64,000 nucleotides of DNA from positions 414,928-478,927 of the forward strand of contig JBAZUE010000001.1 of assembly GCA_041661605.1 (NCBI GenBank), read 5' to 3'. Below, one piece after another: positions 9,568-18,728 of the stretch. Position 1 is the stretch's first letter. Each line of letters starts with the position of its first letter. The position numbers were made by a program, and so were the translations under genes. The notes below the pieces were generated by a model. That model was not told where the DNA came from, did not search any database, and was given only the letters and a program-made list of their open reading frames with translations. This stretch comes from Candidatus Omnitrophota bacterium. Lineage in GTDB: Bacteria > Omnitrophota > Gorgyraeia > Gygaellales > Profunditerraquicolaceae.

Positions 9568-10997
9568 AGCCGTGGTTTAATTTTGTGCCATTGTGTATTC
9601 TGTTCAAATGCATGGGCCAGCCTGAAAAGCATCTCTTCGTTAAACGGCTTAGCCATGATCTGCAGGCCTACGGGAAGGCCGTTTTTGGTAAACCCGCAGG
9701 GAATAGATATTGCCGGTATCCCCGCTAAATTTACAGATATAGTATATATATCCGAGAGGTACATTTGCAAAGGGTCAGCCGCTTTTTCACCGATTCTAAA
9801 AGCAGGGGTTGGTGAAGTAGGGGCGACAATACAATCAAAATCGTTAAAGACCGCATCAAAATCATTTTTTATAAGAGTACGTACCTTTAAAGCGCGCAAA
9901 TAATACGCGTCATAATATCCATGCGATAAAGCGAATGTGCCTAAGATTATCCTGCGTTTGGCTTCTTCTCCAAATCCCTGCGCCCGGGTCTTCTTGTACA
10001 TTTCAATAAGATTATCTGACTTGGCACGGTAACCGTATTGGACTCCGTCAAACCTGGCCAGGTTTGAACTGGCTTCGGCGGTAGCAACAATGTAGTAAAC
10101 CGGAACAGCGTATTGCGTATGCGGCAGGCTTACCCGGCCGGAAACAGCTCCTAAGGATTTAAGCTTATTTACCGCTTCTTCGATAATAAGCTTAACCTCC
10201 GCATCCATTCCCTCAATAAAATATTCCCCGGGGATGCCGATTCTTACCCCTTTGATATCCTTGCCTAAACTATCAGTGTAATCCGGAACGCATTGATTTA
10301 CCGAAGTTGAATCGCTAGGATCATAACCCGAGATAATCCGGGTTAATATTGCAGCGTCTTCTACGTCTTTTGTAATCGGGCCGATCTGATCGAGGCTTGA
10401 AGCAAAAGCAATTAATCCAAAACGCGAAACCCTGCCGTAGGTCGGTTTTAACCCTACCACCCCGCAAAAAGACGCCGGTTGGCGTATTGAGCCGCCCGTA
10501 TCAGAACCTAAGGCCCAAACCGCTTCATCGCTTGCCACGGCAGCGGCAGAACCTCCTGAAGAACCTCCAGGTACGCATTCTAAATTCCAAGGGTTATGCG
10601 TCGGACCAAAACAAGAGTTTTCTGTGGATGAACCAAAAGCAAATTCATCCATATTCGCTTTTAAAGGGAAAATACTTCCGCCGGAGCTCTTTAGTTTATT
10701 GATAACTGTCGCATCGTATGGCGGACGGAAGTTACAAAGTATTTTTGAACAACATTCCGTATTTAATCCTTCGGTACAAATATTATCTTTGATTGTTATC
10801 GGCAGGCCGCCCAGGAAACCATTGGCCTGCGGGTTTAAACCGGCATCATCATTCGGCTTAAACCTGGCATAAGCCTTAACTTTAGGTTCAACCGCCTGTA
10901 TGCGCGCATAAAGCGCATCCAGGATACTCTTAAGAATAACCTGTCGGTTTTTAAGTTTATCCAGTAATTCGTGGGCTGTAAGCTGATTTAATTCCAT
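9564..10997 (-). CDS. gatA: Asp-tRNA(Asn)/Glu-tRNA(Gln) amidotransferase subunit A
   Basis: Amidase signature [12 protein letters not shown]...[16 protein letters not shown]. 477 aa. Confidence 0.95.
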   Translation of the reverse strand: MELNQLTAHELLDKLKNRQVILKSILDALYARIQAVEPKVKAYARFKPNDDAGLNPQANGFLGGLPITIKDNICTEGLNTECCSKILCNFRPPYDATVINKLKSSGGSIFPLKANMDEFAFGSSTENSCFGPTHNPWNLECVPGGSSGGSAAAVASDEAVWALGSDTGGSIRQPASFCGVVGLKPTYGRVSRFGLIAFASSLDQIGPITKDVEDAAILTRIISGYDPSDSTSVNQCVPDYTDSLGKDIKGVRIGIPGEYFIEGMDAEVKLIIEEAVNKLKSLGAVSGRVSLPHTQYAVPVYYIVATAEASSNLARFDGVQYGYRAKSDNLIEMYKKTRAQGFGEEAKRRIILGTFALSHGYYDAYYLRALKVRTLIKNDFDAVFNDFDCIVAPTSPTPAFRIGEKAADPLQMYLSDIYTISVNLAGIPAISIPCGFTKNGLPVGLQIMAKPFNEEMLFRLAHAFEQNTQWHKIKPRL

Positions 10998-10999
10998 GA

Positions 11000-11287
11000 T
11001 TATTCGATTATTTTCGGGACGCTGAAGAAATTCCCATTTTTGCTTGGAGCGTTTTCCAGGGCTTTATCGGGAGTTAAGCAAATATGCGGTTTATCTTCCC
11101 TCAATACATTGCTTATAGGCAAGATATGGCTGGCAGGTTTAACCTGGGCCGTATCCAAAACACTCAGCTTGTCTATAAAACCCAAAATATCATGCAATTG
11201 CAGGGATAGTTTTTCCAATTCAGCAGGCTGTAATTCAATCCGGGCCAAATGCGCAACTTGCTCGACAGTTTTTTTATCTATTGCCAT
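11000..11287 (-). CDS. gatC: Asp-tRNA(Asn)/Glu-tRNA(Gln) amidotransferase subunit C
   Basis: [27 protein letters not shown] is the GatC N-terminus. The start is set at the ATG at 11287 (SD GGAGAG 5 nt upstream). The 10-codon extension in the ORF track covers the predicted promoter. Confidence 0.9.
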   Translation of the reverse strand: MAIDKKTVEQVAHLARIELQPAELEKLSLQLHDILGFIDKLSVLDTAQVKPASHILPISNVLREDKPHICLTPDKALENAPSKNGNFFSVPKIIE

Positions 11288-11307
11288 CTTCTCTCCGTTT
11301 AAAAAAT

Positions 11308-11336
11308 ATTTTAACATCCTTTATTTCAAAAGTCAA
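11308..11336 (-). promoter_or_regulatory. Putative sigma70-type promoter of the gatCAB operon
   Basis: The minus strand reads TTGACT (11336-11331), a 17-nt spacer ending in TGT, then TAAAAT (11313-11308). The SD and gatC ATG follow about 20 nt downstream. Confidence 0.45.
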
Positions 11337-11347
11337 TGTGCGAATTA

Positions 11348-11404
11348 ATCCCCGCAGCTGCGAGCAAGTTTCAAAGTAATTTGCGAGCGTTTAGCTGCGG
11401 GGAT
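11348..11404. repeat. Perfect 12-bp inverted repeat (ATCCCCGCAGCT ... AGCTGCGGGGAT) with a 33-nt spacer, lying between two divergent promoters
   Basis: Arms at 11348-11359 and 11393-11404 are exact reverse complements. The spacer contains GCGAGC twice (11360-11365 and 11383-11388). No T-tract follows on either strand. Confidence 0.6.
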
Positions 11405-11426
11405 CAGGCCATCAGCCCATTTTAAG

Positions 11427-11454
11427 TTGACAAAGGGAATAAAACCTGTAAAAT
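11427..11454 (+). promoter_or_regulatory. Putative sigma70-type promoter of the 1066-aa plus-strand gene
   Basis: TTGACA (11427-11432), a 16-nt spacer, then TAAAAT (11449-11454). The ATG lies 23 nt downstream with no obvious SD. Confidence 0.45.
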
Positions 11455-11477
11455 ACTACTAATTAACTTTACTAAAT

Positions 11478-14400
11478 ATGGACAAAAAAACCATGAAATT
11501 AAAACCAAAATACTATTTAAACAAAGCAGGCCAATTCGTTATTGAAAATTATAACTACGCAAAGCCTTTTGCAAATTTCTTCCCGGGGATTGCCGGAAAA
11601 TACGGTATCCCCATGTGGATTTTCTATGTTAACCGCGGCCAATGTATCTCCAGTTTCGGGATCAAAGATAAAGATCAAGCGATCCTTGAGTTCTTCCCGG
11701 CAAATAAATCCTGGCAGTTTGTCTCAACTCAGGGCTTCCGCACATTTATTAAAATTAAAACCCCAAAAGGACCGCTTTATTATGAGCCCTTTCATAACGG
11801 GTATATAAATCTAAGGTATCAAATAACCAACTCTATGCGCATAGATTCAAGCCGGCTTATTATAGAAGAAGACAACCTTACTTTAGGGGTTAGGAGCCGG
11901 GTGGAATATTTTGACATACCTAATGATGCTTATGCCGGATTAAGCCGCACAGTAACCATTGAGAACACCGGCAAAAAAAACAAATCCATACAACTTATTG
12001 ACGGCCTGCCTCAGGTTGTCCCTTTCGGCACGCATAATTTCTTCTTAAAAAAACTCGGCCGGACTATTGAAGCATGGATGAATGTTGACAACCTGGACAA
12101 TGACATCCCCTTTTACAAACTTGAGGTCGATCCTACCGACCGGCCGGAAGTAATACATATCGAAGGGGGAAATTTTTACCTTGGCTACCATTTTAAAGGC
12201 TCCAAGCCAGAGATCATCCGTCCCATTGTTGACCCGGAAGCTGTTTTTGGCTCCGTGACTGATTTTTCCTACCCCGCGCAATTTCTGGCTGTCCCCAAAT
12301 TCTTATATCCGGCAAAGCAGATGACTAAAAGCAAAACTCCCGGCTCCCTCCTTTTGATGAACCTGGAGCTGGAGCCCAAAGAACAAAAAACATTCTACTC
12401 GATAATCGGCCAGGCACGCAATATTAAAACCTTAAATATTTTAGTTCCCAAGATTACCAGACTTGGCTATATAGAAAAGAAATTAGACGAAAACCTCGGG
12501 CTTATCCATAAATTAAAAGAAGGAATCCTTACTAACAGCAGTTCCAGGGAATTCAATCTATACGCCGGTCAGACCTACCTGGATAACATTATGCGCGGCG
12601 GTTACCCGGAAATCTTTAAATCCGGACTGGTTTTTTATCTTTATTCGCGCAAACACGGTGACCTGGAAAGAGACTATAATAAATTTCAACTGCAGCCAAA
12701 CTATCTCTCGCAGGGCAATGGCAACTACCGGGATATAAACCAGAACCGGCGCAATGATTGTTGGTTTAATCCTGAAGTAAAAGACGAAAATGTGATCTTT
12801 TTTATGAATTTATTACAGGCTGACGGTTTTAACCCCCTGGTAATAAAACCTGACAGTTTCCTGTTTAAAGAAGGCCTTGATTTAGATGAACTGCTGCAAT
12901 CAATAGCCAAAAAGAATGATATTGAAAAACTCGGCGTTTATTTAAAGACGCCTTTTACTCCGGGGGAACTAATCTTCTTCGTTGAGGAAAATAAGATTTC
13001 CCTGAATGTTTCTTACGATGATTTCCTCGAAGTAATCCTCTCCTCTTCTTTAAAAACCCAGGAGGCAGAGCATGCGGAAGGATACTGGACTGACCATTGG
13101 ACCTATAATTTAGATTTAATCGACAGCTACCTGAGAATTTACCCGGAAAAATTTAACGAATTATTCTTTGAGAAAAAAGTTTTTTCTTTCTATGACAATG
13201 CCGAATTAGTCAGGCCTCGCAGTGAAAAATATATGCTTTATAACGGCAAGCCCCGGCAATTGCACTGCCTGGTGATGGATGGCGCAAAAAAAGAGATCTT
13301 GCGCAAACGGCCAAACAACCCGCATATCTTAAGAACTAAAAACGGCAGCGGTGAAATTTATTATACCACGCTTATTGGCAAGCTTCTGTGCCTGGCGGCC
13401 AATAAACTGGCTTCCCTGGACCCTTGCGGCTGCGGCATTGAAATGGAGGCAGGAAAACCTAATTGGTTTGATTCACTTAACGGGCTGCCTGCCCTCTTTG
13501 GGTCATCAACCTGCGAAACTTTTGAACTTAAGCGCCTGCTTAAGAAAATCAAGGGGGCTTTAGAAACTTCTCAAGTTAATGAAATTGAGCTTGCTGAAGA
13601 AATAGCTGAATTTATTAAGCAGCTCTCTGCTATCATACCCGAAGAAGATTTTTCCTACTGGGATAAAAGCAATACAATAAAAGAAACTTACCGGCTCAAT
13701 AGCCGCCTTGGTTTTTCAGGTAATCTAGTATATATGCAAAGCAAAGAGCTGGCCTCTTTTTTAAATGCCGCTTTAAATAAAGTTGAAGCCGGCTTGAACA
13801 AAGCATTCAATAAAACGCAGGGCACTTACAATTCATATTTTATCAACGAAGTTACTGAGTTTGACTTGATCAAAGACCACTACATAAAACCCAGGAAATT
13901 CGTACAAAAGCCCGCTCCTTTATTTCTGGAAGGGCAAATGCACGCATTAAGGTTATCCAGGGATATTAATCAGGCTGCCGGTATTTATAAGGCTACCAAA
14001 AAAAGCGCGCTTTTTGATAAGAAATTACTGATGTATAAAGTAACTGCTCCGTTAGAGAGTATGCCGAAAGAGATCGGCAGGTGCCGGATATTTACTCCGG
14101 GATGGCTGGAGAATGAGTCCATCTGGCTGCATATGGAATATAAATATATGCTGGAATTGCTTAAAACCGGGCTGATTAAGGAATTTTATGCAGAATTTAA
14201 GAATGTGCTTATACCCTTCCAGGACCCGCAAAGATACGGGCGCAGTATCCTGGAAAATTCTTCTTTTTTAGCAAGCAGTGCCTTCCCAAACAGCAATTTA
14301 CATGGCAATGGCTTTGTAGCCAGATTATCCGGTTCAACCGCAGAATTCCTGCAAATCTGGTTGATCATGAATACCGGAACCGAGCCATTTTATTTAGACA

Positions 14401-14678
14401 ATAACAAACAGCTTAACCTGACCTTTAAACCCTTACTGCCGAATTGGTTATTTGACCGTCAAGGCAGGTATTCTTTTAATTTCCTGAGTTCTATCCGCTT
14501 AACTTATTATAACCCCGGGAAAAAAGACACCTTCGGGAAAAACAGGGCCGAAATATCCAAAATAATCCTTTTTGAGAATGGAGCCCCTACGCAGATAAGC
14601 GGCGCAACCATCCCCTCGCCCTACGCTCAAAAAATAAGATCCCGCCAAATCGACAAAATTGATATATATCTCAAATAA
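11478..14678 (+). CDS. Large cytoplasmic protein of unknown function. It may be a GH94-clan-like (alpha/alpha)6 glycan phosphorylase/hydrolase, but that is tentative.
   Basis: Uninterrupted 1066-aa ORF with no signal peptide. Conserved-looking motifs include NGNYRDINQNRRND, GYWTDHWTYNLDL, GKPNWFDSLNGLP and ESIWLHMEYKY. The NWFDSLNG loop resembles the DWNDxxN catalytic loop of cellobiose-phosphorylase-type enzymes. The family assignment is from memory only. Confidence 0.55.
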   Translation: MDKKTMKLKPKYYLNKAGQFVIENYNYAKPFANFFPGIAGKYGIPMWIFYVNRGQCISSFGIKDKDQAILEFFPANKSWQFVSTQGFRTFIKIKTPKGPLYYEPFHNGYINLRYQITNSMRIDSSRLIIEEDNLTLGVRSRVEYFDIPNDAYAGLSRTVTIENTGKKNKSIQLIDGLPQVVPFGTHNFFLKKLGRTIEAWMNVDNLDNDIPFYKLEVDPTDRPEVIHIEGGNFYLGYHFKGSKPEIIRPIVDPEAVFGSVTDFSYPAQFLAVPKFLYPAKQMTKSKTPGSLLLMNLELEPKEQKTFYSIIGQARNIKTLNILVPKITRLGYIEKKLDENLGLIHKLKEGILTNSSSREFNLYAGQTYLDNIMRGGYPEIFKSGLVFYLYSRKHGDLERDYNKFQLQPNYLSQGNGNYRDINQNRRNDCWFNPEVKDENVIFFMNLLQADGFNPLVIKPDSFLFKEGLDLDELLQSIAKKNDIEKLGVYLKTPFTPGELIFFVEENKISLNVSYDDFLEVILSSSLKTQEAEHAEGYWTDHWTYNLDLIDSYLRIYPEKFNELFFEKKVFSFYDNAELVRPRSEKYMLYNGKPRQLHCLVMDGAKKEILRKRPNNPHILRTKNGSGEIYYTTLIGKLLCLAANKLASLDPCGCGIEMEAGKPNWFDSLNGLPALFGSSTCETFELKRLLKKIKGALETSQVNEIELAEEIAEFIKQLSAIIPEEDFSYWDKSNTIKETYRLNSRLGFSGNLVYMQSKELASFLNAALNKVEAGLNKAFNKTQGTYNSYFINEVTEFDLIKDHYIKPRKFVQKPAPLFLEGQMHALRLSRDINQAAGIYKATKKSALFDKKLLMYKVTAPLESMPKEIGRCRIFTPGWLENESIWLHMEYKYMLELLKTGLIKEFYAEFKNVLIPFQDPQRYGRSILENSSFLASSAFPNSNLHGNGFVARLSGSTAEFLQIWLIMNTGTEPFYLDNNKQLNLTFKPLLPNWLFDRQGRYSFNFLSSIRLTYYNPGKKDTFGKNRAEISKIILFENGAPTQISGATIPSPYAQKIRSRQIDKIDIYLK

Positions 14679-14712
14679 GAAATCCGGGTAGATAGCAGTC
14701 GGTAGATAGTAT

Positions 14713-17499
14713 TTAGAATTTACGGCGATAATAAGCGCGGAAAATATGCGCGGTATCTATAGTAAGCAAAGTACCCCCATAAGGGTCAAGCGTCATATTG
14801 CCCAAATTACTGGTATTGCCTTCTCCATATTGCAGGGTGAATTCATCGTCTTTTGAAGGCATATACCTGAATTCGCTGAAGAAATTATGGTGGCCAAGTG
14901 GGTTGGTTTCACCGGCAACCAAACGATCGGTATCCTGCCATCTGGAATAAGTATATTTAAAGGCCAGGCCAATCTTCTCGCAAGGCAGGTAAGTCATTTC
15001 AATACCCACATGATTCATGCTATCCGAATTTTGCCCCGCACTTTCAAATTCATTACGCGCATAATCAAGGTAAACTTCCATCCTGTCTAAGGGCTGGATC
15101 TTCAGCCCTGTCTTAAAAACATTGTAAAATTCATAGGGGGCCTGGGGGAAAACCCCCTGGCTGAAAAGAAACGGGTCGCGGAAACGGTAAAGATTCCCAT
15201 TCTGGGTAAGAGTCCCGAAAAGCGTAGTATCATTTCTTAATGTATTGCTCGGGAAACCATCATACGCCAGGCTATAATCATTAGTGCGCTCATATATACC
15301 GTCCAGGCTTAACCAGTCAAAGAAGTCATAGTTAAGCCCGAAAGAGCCGGTTTTAAGCGTAGGGTCATTTCCGTCCGGGACCGCGGAATTGTTAAAAAAC
15401 TTTCCCGTATTGCCATCATAGATAAACGGGTCAACTCCGGCTATTGTATGCGGCAGCTTCTGGTAAATACCCAGGGCTTTAGCGCTAAGTTTGTCCGTAA
15501 CCATGACCATCAATTCATCGCGCACCACATTTTCAATGAATTTTCCGTTAACATTATGCACGTTACGCACATCAAAAAGGTTGGATAATCTATTTTCCAG
15601 AATGGTCTCGACCCTGAAACCCCAGACATTCCTGCCGGTGTCAATGCCGTCTCCAATCCTGGTAGCATTAAGTTCATCCCACTTAGTAGCATTCTTATAC
15701 AAACCGGAAGAATAATAATCAAACGGCTTGCGGAAATGGATATGCCTGCTCCAGAAAGTATCCTGGCGGGTATTATGATAATTGGATAAAGAAGAATCGA
15801 AACCCTCATCCATGCGGCTGGCGAAAAACTTGCTCTTAACCAGAAACGTCTCAGCCTTATCCAGGGTTATCTCATCATAGCCGTATTTTAAATCCATAAT
15901 GCTTTGCTGCGGATAACGGGTGATAAACGAAAAGTAATACGCATTTCCGCGGGATTCAGTTTTGTAAATGGAATTAGTCTGGTCATAAAATGATTTTGAA
16001 CTCAATACCTCTGCCTGGGCTTTTAAACCGTCAGCAAACTCATATCCTAAATCTACTCCTCCTACATAATTCTGGCTGTCCAGCTTATTATTATCATTAA
16101 CCTTAAATCCTAAACGGCTGGTGAGCGTCCCCCCAACCATAAAATTCTCAGCCAAATAATGCTTAAGGCGGCTGGCGGTAATCAGGTTATCCACCTCTCC
16201 ATAATCCTGCCAGAGGTTTTTGGGTGTAGCAACCGTGGTATCAAAATTTGTTTCATCCGCCGGCTTGAACGAAAACGAGAACCCGCGCAAGGCAGTTAAA
16301 TATTTACCCGTGGAATCCTTTGAAAGGAACGAAAGCGAATCATCCCATAAACCTTTAGTGAAACTGGGAACAGGAATATCGGCGGAATTAAAATTGCCCG
16401 GTTTATAGCTGCGTAACCATGGACTGTCCTGCCACCAAATATGGTGGTTAGATATCCCCATTGGATCATCAGATGTGTAAGCCTGGTCCTGATAAGCCAT
16501 GGGGAAAACGCGGAATTTTACCTGGTCATTAAAATAATCCAGCCACAACTCGCGTAAAGGCTGAAACTGGCGGTGAATTTTCATTTCCGGTATGTCAAAA
16601 GTAGCTGCGGTAAATCTATTGCCGGTTGCCGTAAGAGGAGAAGTCCACTCGTCATTTACTTTAATCTCCGGAATCTGGAAAGTATCCCCTAACCTTGAAG
16701 TATAGGCGGTTTGATTAACCACATGGGCTGTATTTGACCAATACAAAAGCTGTATCTCCGCGGTATCTCCGTTTGAACCGGTAATGGTAGTCTTGTCGCC
16801 TTTGCCCACAAAGCTCCAGGGATCTACCGTAATATTGGAGTGAAAATTAAAACCTTCCTTATTTTCAGTATCCAGGTTTACGCTCAAGGAATCATAAATC
16901 CGCGGGTCAAAAGTATTGAACCTGTTATCAAATGCCGCATCTGAGCTCATGCGGAAGCTTTTTGATTTTTCATTTAAATCAAAGTTGGCGCGTTTCCAGA
17001 TAAAATCATCCGGAGTAACTCCAAAACTAAGTTGCATGTCTCCGCTTACCCTTAACGGCCCGGCTTTAAAACCTCTTTTTTCCTCTTCTTTCTTTTCAAT
17101 ATCCTGCGCAGAAGCATAAGCAGGCAGCCAGGTTGGTTCAGGGCTTTTTAAATTATTAAGCGCTTCATCCATTGCCTCTTCCTTTGATAACACAGGTATC
17201 TGAACCTGATTAACCAGGGGAGCCTCTTTTGGAATAGGCCGTTTGCCTTTTTTGCGCAGCTCTACATTGAATATTTTATTGATGTATTCTTTAGCCTGCT
17301 GATTGTCAGGGTCGATTGAGAGTACCTTGGTAAAGGCTGAAAGGGATTCGTCGGTTTTATCCTGGATATAAAGAATTTTGCCTATTTCACAAAGATAATC
17401 TACTTCCAGGGTTTGACTAAACGCGGGGGTGGCGAATAAAAATAAAAGCGCTAAAGAAGCTAGCGCCGCAGTTTTATATATAAATAATTGCCTAATCAT
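14713..17499 (-). CDS. Large outer-membrane protein of unknown function (signal peptide, TPR-like N-terminal region, beta-barrel-like body)
   Basis: Signal peptide MIRQLFIYKTAALASLALLFLFATPAFSQ. A TPR-like segment (KILYIQDKTDESLSAFTKVLSIDPDNQQAKEYINKI). The sequence is rich in aromatics, Gly, Asn and Asp. The C-terminus ...AHIFRAYYRRKF ends in Phe, as in OM beta-barrels. Confidence 0.7.
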   Translation of the reverse strand: MIRQLFIYKTAALASLALLFLFATPAFSQTLEVDYLCEIGKILYIQDKTDESLSAFTKVLSIDPDNQQAKEYINKIFNVELRKKGKRPIPKEAPLVNQVQIPVLSKEEAMDEALNNLKSPEPTWLPAYASAQDIEKKEEEKRGFKAGPLRVSGDMQLSFGVTPDDFIWKRANFDLNEKSKSFRMSSDAAFDNRFNTFDPRIYDSLSVNLDTENKEGFNFHSNITVDPWSFVGKGDKTTITGSNGDTAEIQLLYWSNTAHVVNQTAYTSRLGDTFQIPEIKVNDEWTSPLTATGNRFTAATFDIPEMKIHRQFQPLRELWLDYFNDQVKFRVFPMAYQDQAYTSDDPMGISNHHIWWQDSPWLRSYKPGNFNSADIPVPSFTKGLWDDSLSFLSKDSTGKYLTALRGFSFSFKPADETNFDTTVATPKNLWQDYGEVDNLITASRLKHYLAENFMVGGTLTSRLGFKVNDNNKLDSQNYVGGVDLGYEFADGLKAQAEVLSSKSFYDQTNSIYKTESRGNAYYFSFITRYPQQSIMDLKYGYDEITLDKAETFLVKSKFFASRMDEGFDSSLSNYHNTRQDTFWSRHIHFRKPFDYYSSGLYKNATKWDELNATRIGDGIDTGRNVWGFRVETILENRLSNLFDVRNVHNVNGKFIENVVRDELMVMVTDKLSAKALGIYQKLPHTIAGVDPFIYDGNTGKFFNNSAVPDGNDPTLKTGSFGLNYDFFDWLSLDGIYERTNDYSLAYDGFPSNTLRNDTTLFGTLTQNGNLYRFRDPFLFSQGVFPQAPYEFYNVFKTGLKIQPLDRMEVYLDYARNEFESAGQNSDSMNHVGIEMTYLPCEKIGLAFKYTYSRWQDTDRLVAGETNPLGHHNFFSEFRYMPSKDDEFTLQYGEGNTSNLGNMTLDPYGGTLLTIDTAHIFRAYYRRKF

Positions 17500-17508
17500 A
17501 TAGCAAAT

Positions 17509-17537
17509 ATTATATATAAAACTTAAAATTTAGTCAA
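17509..17537 (-). promoter_or_regulatory. Near-consensus sigma70 promoter placed so that the OMP mRNA would be leaderless or nearly so
   Basis: The minus strand reads TTGACT (17537-17532), a 17-nt spacer, then TATAAT (17514-17509). Only 9 nt (ATTTGCTAT) separate it from the ATG at 17499, and there is no SD. Confidence 0.5.
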
Positions 17538-17576
17538 TATCTATGACTAAAGGACCAGGCTATAAACTTGAAATGG

Positions 17577-17951
17577 TTAACCGACCTGGCCGCCTAATTT
17601 TTCAGTAGCGGTAAGCCGGATACTCAAGGTATGCACAAAAACAACGAGAAAGAACTTTCCTTTGTTTACTGCCAGCAGGCTCCCCTTAACTTTACAAAAG
17701 AAATGTTCTCTTTTCTCCAGGGTATTTCTTTCTTTCAGGACATAGAGATACGGGGCTGGTTTTTCTACATCAGCTTTTTCGACTTGTTTTACTATGCAGC
17801 CAAAATGCCTTCGCACCACGCTGTGAACGCCTTCTTTATCGGTTACCTCTGAACTGGCGATCACCCTGCGGCTTCTGTCGGCGGAGGTCAAATTCTTATA
17901 AAGTAAATCACGCATATCTTCCTTAAAATTAGCTGGATTGCCAATTGGCAA
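17577..17951 (-). CDS. Hypothetical protein (124 aa), no family recognised
   Basis: The ORF has a TTG start at 17951 preceded by GAAGGGGAG 5 nt upstream (an in-frame ATG lies at 17915). It has its own promoter-like sequence and sits just after the plsY terminator. No motif recognised. Confidence 0.45.
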   Translation of the reverse strand: MPIGNPANFKEDMRDLLYKNLTSADRSRRVIASSEVTDKEGVHSVVRRHFGCIVKQVEKADVEKPAPYLYVLKERNTLEKREHFFCKVKGSLLAVNKGKFFLVVFVHTLSIRLTATEKLGGQVG

Positions 17952-18017
17952 TCCAGCTCCCCTTCGTGGCTAGTGGGGATAATAGTGAAACTAGAATTAC
18001 AAGACAATTATGCAATT

Positions 18018-18049
18018 AAAAAAAGGCCATTTCAATAGGAAATGGCCTT
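18018..18049 (-). terminator. Rho-independent terminator downstream of plsY
   Basis: The minus strand reads AAGGCCATTTC-CTATT-GAAATGGCCTT (11-bp stem, 5-nt loop) followed by TTTTTAATTG, 38 nt after the plsY stop. Confidence 0.75.
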
Positions 18050-18086
18050 AAAAAGAAAGCGGTTGCTTTAGTTATCGACGAAGGGA

Positions 18087-18728
18087 TTAATTACCGGGCT
18101 TTTTAAAATACAGGCGGGGTTCTTTGCCCTGGAGTATCCTTGAAAGATTGGATTTATGACGGATAAGCACAAAAAGACAAAGTATTGTGCTGGCAACCGT
18201 CAATATAACCGGCTGCTTAAAGAATAGGATAGAAACCGGCAGGGCAATTGCCGCCGTAATCGAAGCCAAAGAAACTATTCTTGAAACCATAAAGACGGTT
18301 ACCCAGGTTAATACTAATATACTTATTACCATACTTAATCCGGGTAATCTTAGAGTCAATCCAAGCAAGACGCCAAATGTAGTCGCAATGCCTTTGCCGC
18401 CTTTAAATCTAAGGAAAATAGTCCAGTTATGCCCGCAAATAGAGCATAACCCCATGATAATACGCAGGTTTTGACTCTCTAATAAAATAGTTTTACTGGA
18501 GAATAAATCTCCCAGGAAGACAACTACTATGAAACCTTTCAGGATATCTAACAACAAAACCGTAATTCCCGGGCCCTTACCCAGGGCGCGCATGGCATTA
18601 GTTGCGCCAACATTACCTGAACCAATCTTGCGTATATCAACACCCTTAAGAATTCTGCCAAAAAGATAGGCTGTAGGTATTGATCCTAACAAATAACTAA
18701 TTATTAAGGCGGCGATTATCCAAAGCAT
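18087..18728 (-). CDS. plsY: Glycerol-3-phosphate acyltransferase PlsY
   Basis: LLGSIPTAYLFGRILKGVDIRKIGSGNVGATNAMRALG is the PlsY signature. 213 aa, polytopic. Confidence 0.9.
   Translation of the reverse strand: MLWIIAALIISYLLGSIPTAYLFGRILKGVDIRKIGSGNVGATNAMRALGKGPGITVLLLDILKGFIVVVFLGDLFSSKTILLESQNLRIIMGLCSICGHNWTIFLRFKGGKGIATTFGVLLGLTLRLPGLSMVISILVLTWVTVFMVSRIVSLASITAAIALPVSILFFKQPVILTVASTILCLFVLIRHKSNLSRILQGKEPRLYFKKPGN

Noticed and set aside
14687-14709. Direct repeat GGTAGATAG-CAGTC-GGTAGATAG in the 34-nt gap between the convergent 1066-aa and 928-aa genes
   Set aside because: The repeat is real but only 9 bp, two copies. It has no hairpin potential and no context suggesting function, so it could be chance. 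Not worth more than a note.
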